From NCBI RefSeq assembly GCF_004010195.1, contig NC_057720.1, positions 13,473,108-13,530,341 on the forward strand: 57,234 bases of DNA. Reading direction: 5' to 3'. Below the pieces are notes generated by a model. The model ran no database searches and was not told the origin of the DNA. It saw only the letters and a program-made list of their open reading frames with translations. The DNA comes from Chiloscyllium plagiosum. Lineage: Eukaryota. The position numbers were made by a program, and so were the translations under genes. Numbering within the stretch: the first letter of the stretch is position 1; each line of letters begins with the position of its first letter. This document shows, in pieces, positions 24,277 to 37,975 of the stretch.

Positions 24277-27200
24277 AGATATTTACCAGTTTCTGATCCT
24301 CTGGCACTTATTGCATCACTGATGAATTGTTGTGTATTACAGAATGGTCTTCTATTGTCTCCACCTCAAGGTTCCTAAGCAACCAAGTAACTTATTCACC
24401 CAAAGCCTTTCCTCAACAACCTGTTTACCAGTTTTCATCCCACCATTGCTGCAATCTCTGCTGCTATCAATATTTTGATTGCATCCTGCCTCTTCCTTAG
24501 AAAGCACAGGTCCAAGCTATTCTCACCTTGTTCTCCATCTCAATGCATTTATAACATCATTGTCCATAATAGAATCCACCTCACCTCCTACTACACCCTT
24601 ACTTTTGATACTCTAGTGTTGGTTAACTTTTTGCATTAATTGCTATTCAATTGTCATTTTTTTGGTCGGTCTTTTCTTCCCAAATGTGCTGTGTTCAAAA
24701 GTAAAGCAGTTTTTGACTGAACTGGACAGAGCACCATTGCTACATGAAGGACACAAATATATTCAATATGTTCAATGATGCAGATTTTTATAGAAACCAA
24801 TCTAAAAGATATACTCCACAGTACCAAGGCAATACACTATGTTTAGTTCTGGTACAAAGTCTGGGTGCTCTGAAATCTTGCATTGGTTTCTCTTTCCCTG
24901 GTACTGCCTGGCCAACCAAATCTTTCCAGAACTTAACAAATAAAAACAAAGAGCTGTGGATGCTGGAAAAGATAAACAAAACCAGAAACTGCTGGAAGAA
25001 CTCAACAGGTCTGGCAGCAGCTGTGGAGAGAAAGCACAGTTAATAATTTGATTCCAGAAGCTCTCGTTCAGAACTTCTTTTACAGAACTTTAAGTTTTGA
25101 AAAAGGGTCACTGTGCCTGACATGTGCTTTCTCTCCACAGATACTGCTAGACCTGCAGAGCTCTTCCAACAATTTCTGTTTTATTTCAAGAGTTTTCAGC
25201 TTTCATTTCAGATTTTTAGCATCTGTGATATTTTGCTTTTGAATCAATTCATGACTGTTGTATCATTTGGGAGTTTTAAAATCGAGTGCTGTTCTATATG
25301 CCCTCGAAATTTTGGTTTCTGGATCAGCTTACTTACCAAAATCTTTGATGAAATCATGGGTTATCTGTTTAAAAGCATTGACGTTCATATAGAAAGACCA
25401 AATGATATTGACCAAAGCACACAATTTGTGAAGATATATCTACTAACTTAGTTGATCTCTTTTCTAATGTTTACAGTCCAAATCATTTTTTTTTCTGAAT
25501 ACAGTTAAGTGACATATTGCAGAGCCATAATGAAGTCTTTGTGCACTCAATCTTCAAAAACATTAGACAGAGTGACTTTCAGATTTCCTATAGCCAATTA
25601 TGACAATAAAAGTGGAGCGCAGCATTGGAAGGAAGAAAAGTTTCCTTTTCTTATGCCAGACAGTACGTCTCTAGCAAAAGAATACAGCCCATCAGCAGTG
25701 TCTCCAAATTGTCAAACAGAAGCGGGCTTGAAGATCCCCTCTGGCTGCAATGACCTTGTGAAAAAAAAATCTCTCTGTTGTCTTCAGGCTGCAGCTATCA
25801 CTCAGCCTGAGGAAATGATCACTCACTCAATAGATCACTCACTCAATAGACTTCCAATGTAATTTGCAGAGAACAAAATTCTCTCTATAATCATGATTTC
25901 CAATCTGAGTAGTAATTTGCAATGTGACGAGAAAGCAGCCCCTTCAGTATGTCTATGTTTTTGAAGTAAACAACAAAGAATTAATGTGGTAAAATTCAGA
26001 TTGATGATAATCACTCTAGTGATCCTCCAGCCTCTCATTATAGACGGCGATGATTTTTTAAAAACTTCACAAAATATACTTATCATAAAAGTATGTGTTG
26101 ATGGACAGGTGAACAAGTTCAAAGAGCAAACAAAACTCTTGTTTTGAGTAAGGTGCACGTGAGAAAAAAGCATGGTTCTGTCTAATACCACCCTATGCAT
26201 GTATCACTGCCCCAGCTGATGAAATGGAACACTGACTTTATACTACAGCCAGTCATACAGCATGCACAACAGCTACTTGATACAAGTCACTTTGAGCACA
26301 AGCTCACAGCCATCCCTCTGTATGTTTGTTAATTGTTTGTGATGGGAGCTGGGGTGGGGGCTGGAGGAAAATAGATTTTAATTATGCCTGTAAGCCATAT
26401 TAATAATCAGCCAGACAGCTAGGCGGCCAACATAAAAAGCAATGCTGAAGCTGAATGTGTGTACTAATGAAACAGTACCAAATGAATTAAAAGTCTTTCC
26501 CAAATTCAAATCATAGTATATTTTAGAAACAAAGATTTATAATGTGACACCGATTGGAATCTGGCTAAACTAACTGCAGGCTGTTGATTAATAAATTTAT
26601 CTGAATTAATGATAGAACTAAGTAGCAATATACATTCCAATGCATTTTATCCCCAGCAGACAATCGTAATAAATGAGGAGATGTGTGTTTTCAACCAGGT
26701 GAAACACAAGCCTTTACATGAATATTGCCTTCCCTTGATCAACTCTCTTATCTTTGAGCACGTCAGACTTTCTTACATCTAGCTGCTATAGGCACAATGA
26801 ATTCACAAATAAAATGAAACTATGTTATTGAATTAAGGTCTTACATCTTCAAAGCACTACAATTTAACAGCTTATGATTTAAGTCAGGATTTCTTCAGGT
26901 AAAATATACCCTGTTCAGTAATATAATTGCCATATCTTGTCAAGTTTGGTAAGTTTTGTGCTTTGGGGTTTTTCTTTCTTACTGAATATATTTGAACCTT
27001 TCTTCACAGTTTTCCATTGAGTATATAATGTAGCATGGTACAGCCATACTTTAAAAAAGGTATGTGTCACTCAGTTTCATGGAAATTATGCAACTTTTTC
27101 AAAATAAAATTTAACTGTAAACGTTATGCAATTTATATATCTCCTAACCTTCAATTTTTTGCTGTTGTTGTAAAGATTAAAAAGGCAATGTTACCTATCC

Positions 27201-27496
27201 TCCTTTATTAACCACTTGCCTCATCAAAGGCTTTTCTTAAAGGCTTTAGCGAGATTGTCAGTAAATTTTAGCTTTGACTGTCAATGACAGAGACAGTTCA
27301 AATTTGCCATCAAGAAGGGAATGCATCGAGACATATCAAAGGATGTAGTCTCACACCAGGTTATCGTACTGGAGTACAATTCTAGCACTCTGTAAGGTCC
27401 AGTTTAAAGGTGTTTGAGAATTCTATTACAAACTCCTTCTGCTAAGGTTAAAAATTGCTAACACAAAACATAGGACAGAACAGCATAGGGACCTGA

Positions 27497-27678
27497 TGAA
27501 AGTGAGGACTGCAGATGCTGGAGATCAGAGTCAAGATTAGAGTGGTGCTGGAAAAGCACAGCAGGTCAGGCAGCATCCAAGGAGCAGGAAAATCGATGTT
27601 TCGGGAAAAAGCCCTTCATCAGGAATGCTCCTCAGATGCTGCCTGACCTGTTGCGCTTTTCCAGCACCACTCCAATCC
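27497..27678. mobile_element. Fold-back family A element
   Basis: Inverted arms; minus core cctgatgaagggctttttcccgaaacatcga at ~27594-27623. Confidence 0.8.
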
Positions 27679-27925
27679 CAGCCAAATTAATCTAATCCCT
27701 TTTGCCTGCTCTTGGTCCACATACCTCCATTCATTGCATATTCATCTGCTTTTCCTAAAAATCTCTTAGAACAATCTTGAACTTACAAATCAGTTTTTAT
27801 ACTGTTGGGATGCCACATTATATGCAATGAGCTAATATTTAAGTCTAGAAATCATTGTTGTTTAGAACATGTAGCTGCCATATTTGGCACAACAAACTCC
27901 CACGACCAGCTCACTGATAATGACC

Positions 27926-28460
27926 ATAGAGTTGTAGAGTCATAGAGCTGTACAGCATGGAAACAGACCCTACGGTCCAACTCGTCCATGCCAACCAGAT
28001 CCTAAATTAAGCTAGTCCTATTTGCCAACACTTGGCCCATATCCCTCTAAACCCTTCCTATTCATATACCCATCCAAACAACCTTTAAATGTTGCAATTG
28101 TCCCAGCCTCCACAACTTCCTCTGGCAGATCATTCCATACGTGCACCCCTGTATGTGTGAAAACGTTGTCCTTAGGTCCTTTTAAAAAGTTTTCCCTCTC
28201 ACGTTAAACCTATGCCCTCTAGTTCTTGACTCGCCCACCCCATGGAAAAGACCTTGTCTATTTGCCCTATCCATGCCCCTCATGATTTTTAAAACCTCTA
28301 TACCATAGAGATGTACACCATGGAGACAGACTCTTTGGTGCAACTCGTCCACGCCAACCAGATATCCTAAACTAATCTAGTCCCAATTGCCAGCATTTGG
28401 TCCACATCCCTCTTAAACCCTTCCTATTCATATACCCATCCAGATGCCTTTTAAATGTTC
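27926..28460 (-). mobile_element. Two tandem HER1/CR1 3' ends (27926-28302 and 28303-28460)
   Basis: The catagag.tgtacagcatgga.acagac tail occurs twice. Confidence 0.85.
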
Positions 28461-28581
28461 AGATAATCTGTTTTCTTGTGTAATATTAGCTGAGGATGTG
28501 CTCACACTGAAGAACTCTCCACCCCTTCTTGGAAATTGGATAGTGTTAAATTTCCTCCTCTGAACAGTCAACTCCTTAGTT

Positions 28582-28770
28582 TGGGAGAAAGTGAGGACTG
28601 CAGATGCTGGAGATCAGAGCTGAAAAATGTGTTGCTGGAAAAGCGCAGTAGGTCAGGCAGCATCCAAAGAGCAGGAGAATTGACGTCTTGGGCATAAGCC
28701 CTTCTTCAGGAATTCCTGAATTCAGGATGCTGCCTGACCTGCTGCGCTTTTCCAGCAACACATTTTTCAA
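28582..28770. mobile_element. Fold-back family A element
   Basis: tgaaaaatgtgttgctggaaaagcgcag / ctgcgcttttccagcaacacatttttca inverted arms. Confidence 0.85.
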
Positions 28771-28964
28771 TGTGAGTATTCCACATAATCCAAGTGGAAT
28801 ACTCTTTCAGACCGACTCTGGAGTATCACCTTAATCTAGAACCAAATCTGGGAGTAACCCTCTGAGCAAGGGCTGACATCGAAATTATAAGGTGGGCATT
28901 TGGTTTTATTGGCATTAGATATGTATGTGTAAAAAGCATGTTCGCAGCCTCTTCTGGTTACAAA

Positions 28965-29512
28965 CAAGAACAAGAACAAAGACAATAAAGCACAGGAACA
29001 GGCCCTTCAGCCCTCCAAGCCTGTGCTGATCCAGATCCTCGATCTAAACCTGTTGTCTCTTTTCTAAGAATCTGTATCCCTTTGCTCCCTGTGCATTCAT
29101 GTACCTGTCAACATACATCTTAAATGACGCTATCATGTCTGCCTCGACCACTTCCTCTGTAAACGTGTTCCAGGCACCCACCACCCTCTGTGTAAAGAAC
29201 TCTCCACCCATATCTCCCTTAAATTTTTCCACTCTCACCTTGAACTCGTGACCCCTAGTAATTGAGTCCCACACTCTGGGTAAAAGCTTCTTGCTCTCCA
29301 CCCTGTCTACACTTCTCATGATTTTGGAGACCTCAATCAGATTCCCCCTCAACATCCACCTTTCTAATAAAAATAATTCTAATTTACTCAACCTCTCTTC
29401 ATAGCTAGCACTCTCTATACCAGGTAACATCCTGGTGAACCTCCTCTGCACCCTCTCTAACGCATCCACATCCTTTTGGTAATGTGGTGACCTGGGCTGT
29501 ACACAGTGTGGT
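28965..29512 (-). mobile_element. CR1 LINE 3' portion
   Basis: 157-aa ORF ALERVQRRFTRMLPG...TRGHEFK...FFTQRVVGAWN; (GAACAA)n tail. Confidence 0.92.
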
Positions 29513-31252
29513 TGCAAGAATTTCGAAAGCAGGCTTTAAAATCAAGGCACAATTTTAATTGAAATATGTTAATTAAATAAATACACCATGCTTTTTGAAA
29601 AAATAAACTTGATTTCTTAAGCTTTCTCGACCTTTTGATTCAGATCAACTGTAACCTCCTCTCGTCAGTCTGGCAGCTCTGATGCCAGTGATGATCTGTC
29701 GTGAAGTTCCAGCTCTGCCCAGCAGGAGGGGCCAACTCTTCAGTCACTCTCTTCAGCAAGTGTTAAGATTGTGAGTCTTGTCATTTGCTGCTGAAGATGT
29801 GTGACGGATTCTGAGGGACGTCTAAGGAAGACTACTTACAAACACAAGTAAGTGAATTCTTTGAAAATGAAAACCGGCAAAAAAGTATTATTTGATTGGC
29901 TTAAAACGACATAGTTGCAATGGCAAGAGTATTAAATATATTAACTTGTCAGATCCCGGATTTATTTCATGTTGAGAGCACATGACAGCTGTGCGGCGAA
30001 TGCGTAAGGGCTAATGCTATTGTAGAAACTGCAGACAAAATTGGCGCGTTTTGTAGTCCTTTGTGCATTTTTTGGGGGGAGGGTGTCCGTCTTGTTTCGC
30101 ACTGTTTGTTTAGTCAGCCGAATTAATTTGGGGCGGGGGTGGGGGTGGGGGGTAGGTGGAAAGGTGGGCGACTAGAAAGCGAGAGGGGAGAAAATAACAG
30201 TTGCCCAGTTCAGAGACGAGGGAAGACCTGACGGGACTCTGGTTAATAAAGCAAACCTATCTCGTCTTTCAGAATTAATGACGGGGTTAACGTGGGCCCT
30301 GATAGCTTGTTACTGTAAATAAAAGACATAAAGCAGTCCCTTCCTTAAGAGCAAGCAGGAACAGTACTGTAGCTGTGAAATATGTAGCTAATTAAACCTA
30401 TTGGTGTAAACTAATAAAGTATATGTGCCCGTTAGATTCCTTATTCTAATGAATCTGAACTAATTTGCCTTGACTGATGAATTTTCTGTTAGCAGTGGGT
30501 AGAATAATTATGAAATTTATCACTCGGCAGCTCATTAGAATCTACCTGCCCCATATCATGGTAGTGTGTGTAGTTCCAGCAGTGTCGACTCTAATCAACT
30601 ATAAACTGAAGCAAAGACACAAACCCTCGCAAATAATGGGCGGGAGCCTTTTCCGAACGCATTGCGCTGGGGGATTTCGACTCTTAATACACTTTTACCT
30701 CGATCATATTACAGAGAAACAGGACAATATTTTCCCCGCCATTTACCAAAAAGCTCATTAAAGGACAAACAATGAGGCTCCTCCGAGGCTCCCATTCAAG
30801 TCACTTCATCATTCTCTCTTGTTTTAATAGTTGGAGCAAATTAATTATTCCATTGTGAAAACCGTATTATTCACATCATTCATTTCACTGAATAGGTTGG
30901 TAACTCGGGTCTGGGTGGAATTTGAGGAGAAATTGGAAAACTGGTTCAAATATGCACAGCAGTGGAGAGAGAGAGAGATAATAGTTCACTCATTGTTGGG
31001 GTAGGAGAAGCGGTTGGAGTTTCACATTGAAATCCTGGAACACCTGAGATTCTGAGCCCACACTCTTGTCAAACTTGACCAACTCACACTGAAATGACGC
31101 TGCAATTCTGAAACAGAGAGAGAGAATAAAAAAGAAGTTGCGTTTGTATTATCTCGCCTTCAGCCAATGCAGTGGTCTACTGAAGTGTAACTTGAGTTTT
31201 CATGTGAGTGTTTGAGTCTGGGTGGGTTCAGTTCCATTATAGGAGCAGAATG

Positions 31253-32217
31253 GAGAGAGAGAGAGGCACGGGTGTGTGTGTGTGTGTGTGTGTGCGTGGG
31301 GCGGGGGGGGAACACATGNNNNNNNNNNNNNNNNNNNNNNNNNNNNNNNNNNNNNNNNNNNNNNNNNNNNNNNNNNNNNNNNNNNNNNNNNNNNNNNNNN
31401 NNNNNNNNNNNNNNNNNNNNNNNNNNNNNNNNNNNNNNNNNNNNNNNNNNNNNNNNNNNNNNNNNNNNNNNNNNNNNNNNNNNNNNNNNNNNNNNNNNNN
31501 NNNNNNNNNNNNNNNNNNNNNNNNNNNNNNNNNNNNNNNNNNNNNNNNNNNNNNNNNNNNNNNNNNNNNNNNNNNNNNNNNNNNNNNNNNNNNNNNNNNN
31601 NNNNNNNNNNNNNNNNNNNNNNNNNNNNNNNNNNNNNNNNNNNNNNNNNNNNNNNNNNNNNNNNNNNNNNNNNNNNNNNNNNNNNNNNNNNNNNNNNNNN
31701 NNNNNNNNNNNNNNNNNNNNNNNNNNNNNNNNNNNNNNNNNNNNNNNNNNNNNNNNNNNNNNNNNNNNNNNNNNNNNNNNNNNNNNNNNNNNNNNNNNNN
31801 NNNNNNNNNNNNNNNNNNNNNNNNNNNNNNNNNNNNNNNNNNNNNNNNNNNNNNNNNNNNNNNNNNNNNNNNNNNNNNNNNNNNNNNNNNNNNNNNNNNN
31901 NNNNNNNNNNNNNNNNNNNNNNNNNNNNNNNNNNNNNNNNNNNNNNNNNNNNNNNNNNNNNNNNNNNNNNNNNNNNNNNNNNNNNNNNNNNNNNNNNNNN
32001 NNNNNNNNNNNNNNNNNNNNNNNNNNNNNNNNNNNNNNNNNNNNNNNNNNNNNNNNNNNNNNNNNNNNNNNNNNNNNNNNNNNNNNNNNNNNNNNNNNNN
32101 NNNNNNNNNNNNNNNNNNNNNNNNNNNNNNNNNNNNNNNNNNNNNNNNNNNNNNNNCCCCCCCCTCCCCACACACACACCCTACACACACCCCTCCCACA
32201 CACACACACACACACAC
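31253..32217. repeat. (GA)n/(GT)n and (CA)n microsatellites flanking assembly gap 31319-32156
   Basis: Direct observation. Confidence 0.95.
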
Positions 32218-33004
32218 TTTGTATTGAAGTCACTCTCCCTTCGGACATTGTCTCTGTCTGGAGTCTGGTGTCCACCTCGAATTTGAGGAAAGTTGCAGGC
32301 AGTTCTCAGTCGGTCTCAGTGACCCATGGGGGGAAGCTCGCTGATGGGGTAATGGCTGGGCTGTGAGCGATGGTCGCCACTCGCCTCATAAATCCCCGCG
32401 CTTTCCACGTGGATTTTTCCCAGGGCCAGGCGGGGTTAGCTTCACCACTTGGTGGTGAATGACAGGTCAATAACTCACTCGGTACAGCCGGCGATAACAT
32501 CACAGGGCTGCGATGTGATTTACAGTAACCTCCCTCCATGTGACTTCTACCCTGACTGAAAGACTATCTGTCCTGCGGATAGCGAGCTCTTACCAGCAAT
32601 AACCAGATTATTTATAACTTGCAACCTTCTCGTAATTAACTGCGGGTCAGTTGGGTTCGGACCGGTTCTCTGCCTCGAAAATGTGGGGTTGCTATTAACT
32701 TGGTACCTGTGGTGAGTGGGAACTTTGACACACTATTGGCTCTGCCCCTACCCGGAGATATTCTCACTTCGTTCCCAACACTTTCGCAAGTAAACAGTTC
32801 CCGCAAAGTAATATTGAAAATTTATGGCTCACTGTTATCCTCATGCCCGTGAAACGAAAGTCTTGGTTCAACAGTGCGACAGCAGCAAATACTCTCAAAC
32901 TGTGAAACTTTGCAATGAAAACAGAAACTGCTGGAGAAACTCGCCAGGTCTGGCAGCGAGAGAAAAACGTTTCGAGTCTAATATGACTCTTCTCATACAC
33001 ATCT

Positions 33005-33460
33005 CATCCGTAAAATACATCATCATAGAATTCTACAAAATATCTCATATCTATGATCACATAAAGTAGATCATACAACGATTATATAAAATACATCGTT
33101 TTTTGGATTATACAAAATACGTCCTACATAGATTGTATAAAGCATATATGTGATTACATAAAATATATCATATGTAGGGTTATACAAAATACATCATATG
33201 CAAGATTATATAAAACATATATAATTACGTAACAGATACATGCTCACAGAAAATATATTATAGATGAAATTATATAAATTTAAAATATGCGATTCTGATA
33301 AAATAAAATTGCATAATTCTTCCTATCTATTTTATAATAAAATGTCATATCATTACAAAATATTTATAATTTTAATTATAGAAAATACAACTAATTATAT
33401 AAATGAACACATAATTATAAGATATTTCACGTATTTCATTATATAAATTACTATAATAGG
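33005..33460 (+). repeat. AT-rich degenerate tandem repeat (~25-bp unit, gattatacaaaatacatcatat-like)
   Basis: Recurrent gattata.aaaata.atc motif. Confidence 0.6.
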
Positions 33461-34109
33461 CAATGTATGTGAAGAGTTATGTCGGACTCAGCGTTTAACT
33501 CCGTTTCTCTCTCCACAGATGCTGAGTTTCTCCAGCACTTTTTGTTCTTATTTCAGATTTCCGTGGTATTTTCCTTTCCCCTCCGTTTTGAGGGTTGTCT
33601 GTGGGCTCTGTGCTTGGAGCCTGTGTGGAATTGAGAGTAAGCAGCAGGATGAAGATGCAGAGAAGCTTTTTAATGAACCGCGCTCTGAGAGGGCTCAACC
33701 ATTCCCTCCAGAATACTGCTCTCGTCCTGAATAGTCCAGCTACAGAGATATCAAATCAAATACTTGCTGCTTTAAGTGCCATAAGTCATGCCACATATTA
33801 AAGTTGTATATATTTACAATAAAATTATGGCAAAATTATATAATTTAAACCACATTATTGGCGTTGCTTTAGCGGGAACGCGAAATGTTCATGTTGAATA
33901 GACGCTATTCAATGGTTACCACTAATCAGGTTTCTTGATAATCGAGCCTCTTCGTTAGTAATTGCTGAGCGCCATGACTCATTGAGGATAAAAAAATTGG
34001 CAGCAAACCAGGTTGTGGTAGCACGTGGCGCACGTCGGCCTGGGTTCAGCGCCACACTCTTCCACTCTGATCTCCAGCATCTGCAGTGCTCACTTTCTCC
34101 CTTAGAAAA

Positions 34110-34982
34110 GAGGTCAGAAGTCACACGACACCAGGTTTTAAACTGCTCCTCTGATGCTGGCTGAACTGCTGTGCTTTTCCAGCACCACTCTAATCTAGAC
34201 TCTGCAGTCATTGTTTTTACCTAACAGGTTTTAAACCAACGAGTTGGTTTGAAATCACCAGGTTTTGAAGCGCTGCACCTTCATCTGATGAAAGTTTGTG
34301 ATAGAACAATAGAACAATAGAGCGCAGAACAGGCCCTTCGGCCCTCAATGTTGCGCCGACCTGTGAACTATTCTCAGCTGGTCCCCCTACACTATCCCAT
34401 CATTGTCCATGTGCTTATCTAAGGATTGTTTAAGTTAACTACATTGGCAGGCAGGGCATTCCACGCCCTTCCCACTCTCTGAGTGAAGAACCTGTCTCTG
34501 ACATCTGTCTTAAATGTATCACCCCTCAGTGTGTAGTTATGCCCCCGTACACGCTGACGTCATCATCCTAGGTAAAAGACTTTCACTGTCTACCCTGTCT
34601 AATCCCCTCATCACCTTGTATGTCTCTATCAAATCCCCTCTTAGCCTTCTTCTTTCTAATGAGAACAGACCCAAGTCTCTCAGCCTTTCCTCATAAGACC
34701 TTCCCTCCAGCCCAGGCAACATCCTGGTAAATCTCCTCTGCGCTTTTTCCAATGCTTCCACGTCGTTCCCGAAACATGGGGACCAAAACTGTACGGCCGC
34801 ACTCGGGTTTTGTATAGTTGCAGCACGATTTTGCGGCTCTGGAACTCAATCCATCTACCAATGAAACCCAACACACTGTATGCCTTATTAACAGCACTAT
34901 CCACCTGGGTGATTTCAGATAAACCTGTTGGGACTATAACCTGACCTTGTCCAGCCCAGGCCAACGCCGGCACCTTCACGTC
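34110..34982. mobile_element. Nested cluster: fold-back family B element containing a family A fragment (34144-34224) and a CR1 (34303-34908, minus)
   Basis: TSD CAGGTTTTAAAC 34132-34143 / 34225-34236; GTGAT 34298-34302 / 34909-34913 flanks the CR1 (LERRRLRGDLIETYKVMRGLDRVD); the B arm resumes at 34914. Confidence 0.8.
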
Positions 34983-36859
34983 AGAGAAAATAGGAGCTGT
35001 AGGAGACCATTCGGCCCTTCAAGCCTGTTCCAAAATTCGACATGAATGGTGATTATGCAGCTCAGTAATCGTTTTTGATCCCTTTAGCTTTAAAGTCTAT
35101 AAAAGAGCTAAAAGCTAAATGTTAGAACTAAGAACCCACGCACAAGACTTGGAAATGACCGAAGACACATTATGAGGAGCGCAGAGGGTTCTTGATGTTG
35201 AATTCTTTTGTAACTCTTGTCATTTTTCAGATACAAATCGTTGTTTAAACGCAACGGTGTGGCATGAAACTGAAACAACAGGGGGACACTATTGCACTTA
35301 ACGGGGGAACAAAGACGTGCATTTATTTAGCGCTCAGTTCGTCCTCTCGCGGCCAATGAAGAAATGATAACGTGGTGTCGCTGATCTAATGCAGAAAACG
35401 GCAGCTATCTATTTGTGAACAGCAAGCTCCCACCGATGAGAAGGTGGCAATGAGTAAGCTATCTGTTTGGGGAATGTGGCTTAAGGGTTAAGTATTTGTC
35501 AGGCCACGGGAGCTCTGGTGCTCTTGGTGCTCTGGGTTCACTTGAGAGGGTGGGCTGCTCTGGGTGTGACGTCCCGGGGGGGAGTGGGGGCACATCACTC
35601 AGCACTTTACAGGACAGCAGCATGAAAAGGTGGGAGCTCGAACCCAGATTAAAGTTGGGAGGAGGTAAGTAGGGAGAAGGAAGGAGCGGGACATCGGGAG
35701 GGATGAAGGCGGCTTGCGTTGAAGCTCTTTTTGTAAGTTCCTGTGCCGTAACTCCCAGGCAAAAGCATGAAGTCCCTCTGGGTACGGGGTAGACAAAATG
35801 GGGAGATCCTGGGCGATCTGAAACACTGGGGGACGCAGTCTCAGGATAAGGTGCTGGGATGGAGAGAAATCTTACTTCAATCAAAAGGCTGTGAGTCTTT
35901 GAAATCCTTATCTCCAGAGCATTGTCGGTTTGTCATAATATTCAAGGCTATGGGTCTAGAATGAGGAAGTGGAACTGGTGTAGGTAGTACTCTATTTTTG
36001 GCGATATAGATTTGATGAATCAAGGGTCTCTTATACTGTATGATTGTACAATGCTCCAGCAAGTGATATGGGGAAAAGGGAGGAGAGGCATTGGAAGCCA
36101 CGGTTAGTGCAGGGCAGCCTAGTTCGGGGTAGGGTCTAATCTTGCCCTTGTGTGTTGGGGTGTGCTGTCTCCGATCCTAACACCGACAGAGATTCGCTCT
36201 GGACAGAAAACAGCCACCTCTTGCAGCCGTTCGGGCATGTCTAACCACAATGTTTATGAAGAGCAGGGTTCACTAAATCAAAGCCATGTCTAGCAGCAAG
36301 ACCTCTGGAGCAATCTATTTGAAGTGAGGTCATAAATCAGGAGGGCGGATGAATGAATACCTGATACCTGCTCAAGGTGCGCTGCATTATCTGAGCTGCT
36401 GTACAGAGGCATTCCTGTAAGGAGACGTGTTAAATGATACTGGTACTTGAAGTGAGAGCACTCCTCTGAGATTTTTACTACTGGAAATTTTACAGGAAGA
36501 TGGAATTTTTTTTCCGAAACCTTCTCGCTACATATTGATTTGGTCTTAAATTGTACACCGGGCTTCAGAAAAAAGTCACTTCAGTGCAATAAACACGACA
36601 TCACTAATGGTTTACTCGGAATAAAATGACTTCCTTCCTGAGTGTACGTGTGACAGCAAAGGCTTTCACCTTAGCTGCTTTGAAGAGCAGGTTCTGGCTG
36701 GAATCTTCACGTCAACCCACGTGTTATGTAACTCTTCAAACCTATGTTTGTCTAAGTGGTTCTGGTTTCGGACATAAACTTTCTTTCACACTTTCTTACA
36801 AGCGAGCTCTTCATTTCACCTTTCCTCATTTCCAGTGAAATTCTCTCAAACCCTTCAAT

Positions 36860-37290
36860 TACACACACACGGACACAATGACACAAACTGACAAATACCA
36901 TCACGGGCACACACATAGATGCACACAAGAGACACAGACACAGAGAGACATAGATATACACTCAGACACATTCACTCAAGATACATACAGTACACGGACA
37001 TAGGCACTCAGACACAGACATACGTACACAGTCACACACATACAAACTCACACAAATGTATAGATTCACAGCGTCACTCATAGACACATTCACTCAAGAC
37101 ACGCACGCAGACACACAGAGAGACACAGAGACATAGACAGAGACGCGGACATACGCACACTCAATCACACAGACACACAGGGACACAAATTCACACAGTC
37201 AGACATACACTCACAGGCACACTCATTTAATTTACAGACGCATAGAGACACACACGCATACACACATACACACTCACAAACACATACAAG
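36860..37290 (+). repeat. Degenerate (CA)n/(CAGA)n low-complexity tract
   Basis: Direct observation. Confidence 0.9.
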
Positions 37291-37637
37291 ACGTATAGCG
37301 CATGATCCCCTTTGCAGTCCATTTTGGGGAATATCTCGTGGGCTGTTAACCTGTGTTCCTCACTGTGACACCTGCGCTGAGGGGAATGGTGTCGATGATT
37401 GACAATTCTTCACTGCCACCGTTCATCCCGTTCCTCCTCCCGCCCTCCCCCAACACACACACCGAGCACACAACAGGCCCTCCAATATGTTCAAATATTT
37501 CCCAGTCACCTCATTGACAACGTACCGACAATCTTTCAGTCTCTGCAAGATGAAGAGGTAATTGAAACAAAGTCAATAATCATTGAGGAAATATTGAGTT
37601 TTAATTAATTTTACCGAATGTATTGAAGTCACTATCG

Positions 37638-37975
37638 GGTAGACAGGGAGATTTTGTTTCCCCTTAATACGCTGATCAATGGCCAGGGGGGAATAGATTT
37701 AAGGTAAGGGGCAGAAGGTTTAGATGGGATGTGAGGGGAAAAAATCCCCCAGGGAATCTGGAACCCTCTGTCTGTAAGGGTTGGAAAGACAGAAACCCTC
37801 ATAAGACTGAAGAAGTAATTTCGATCTACACTCGCAATACCAAGGCGTTCAAGACTACGGACTATGGAAAGTGGGATTCGAACAGTCAAGTGTTTGTGCT
37901 TGATCAACGCGGATGGGATGGATTGACGGGCCTTCCCCGCCATCCCCCGAGTTGTCGATCTCTGTGACTCTATGA
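37638..37975 (+). mobile_element. CR1 3' fragment
   Basis: gggtagacagggag...tttaaggtaaggggcagaaggtttag; tail tctctgtgactctatgac. Confidence 0.65.

Noticed and set aside
31160..32366. Long ORFs across N runs (also 18170-19496 and 40853-41671)
   Set aside because: Length is created by assembly gaps.
32441..32459. 8-bp hairpin TTCACCAC-TTG-GTGGTGAA
   Set aside because: Expected by chance in 57 kb; no supporting context.
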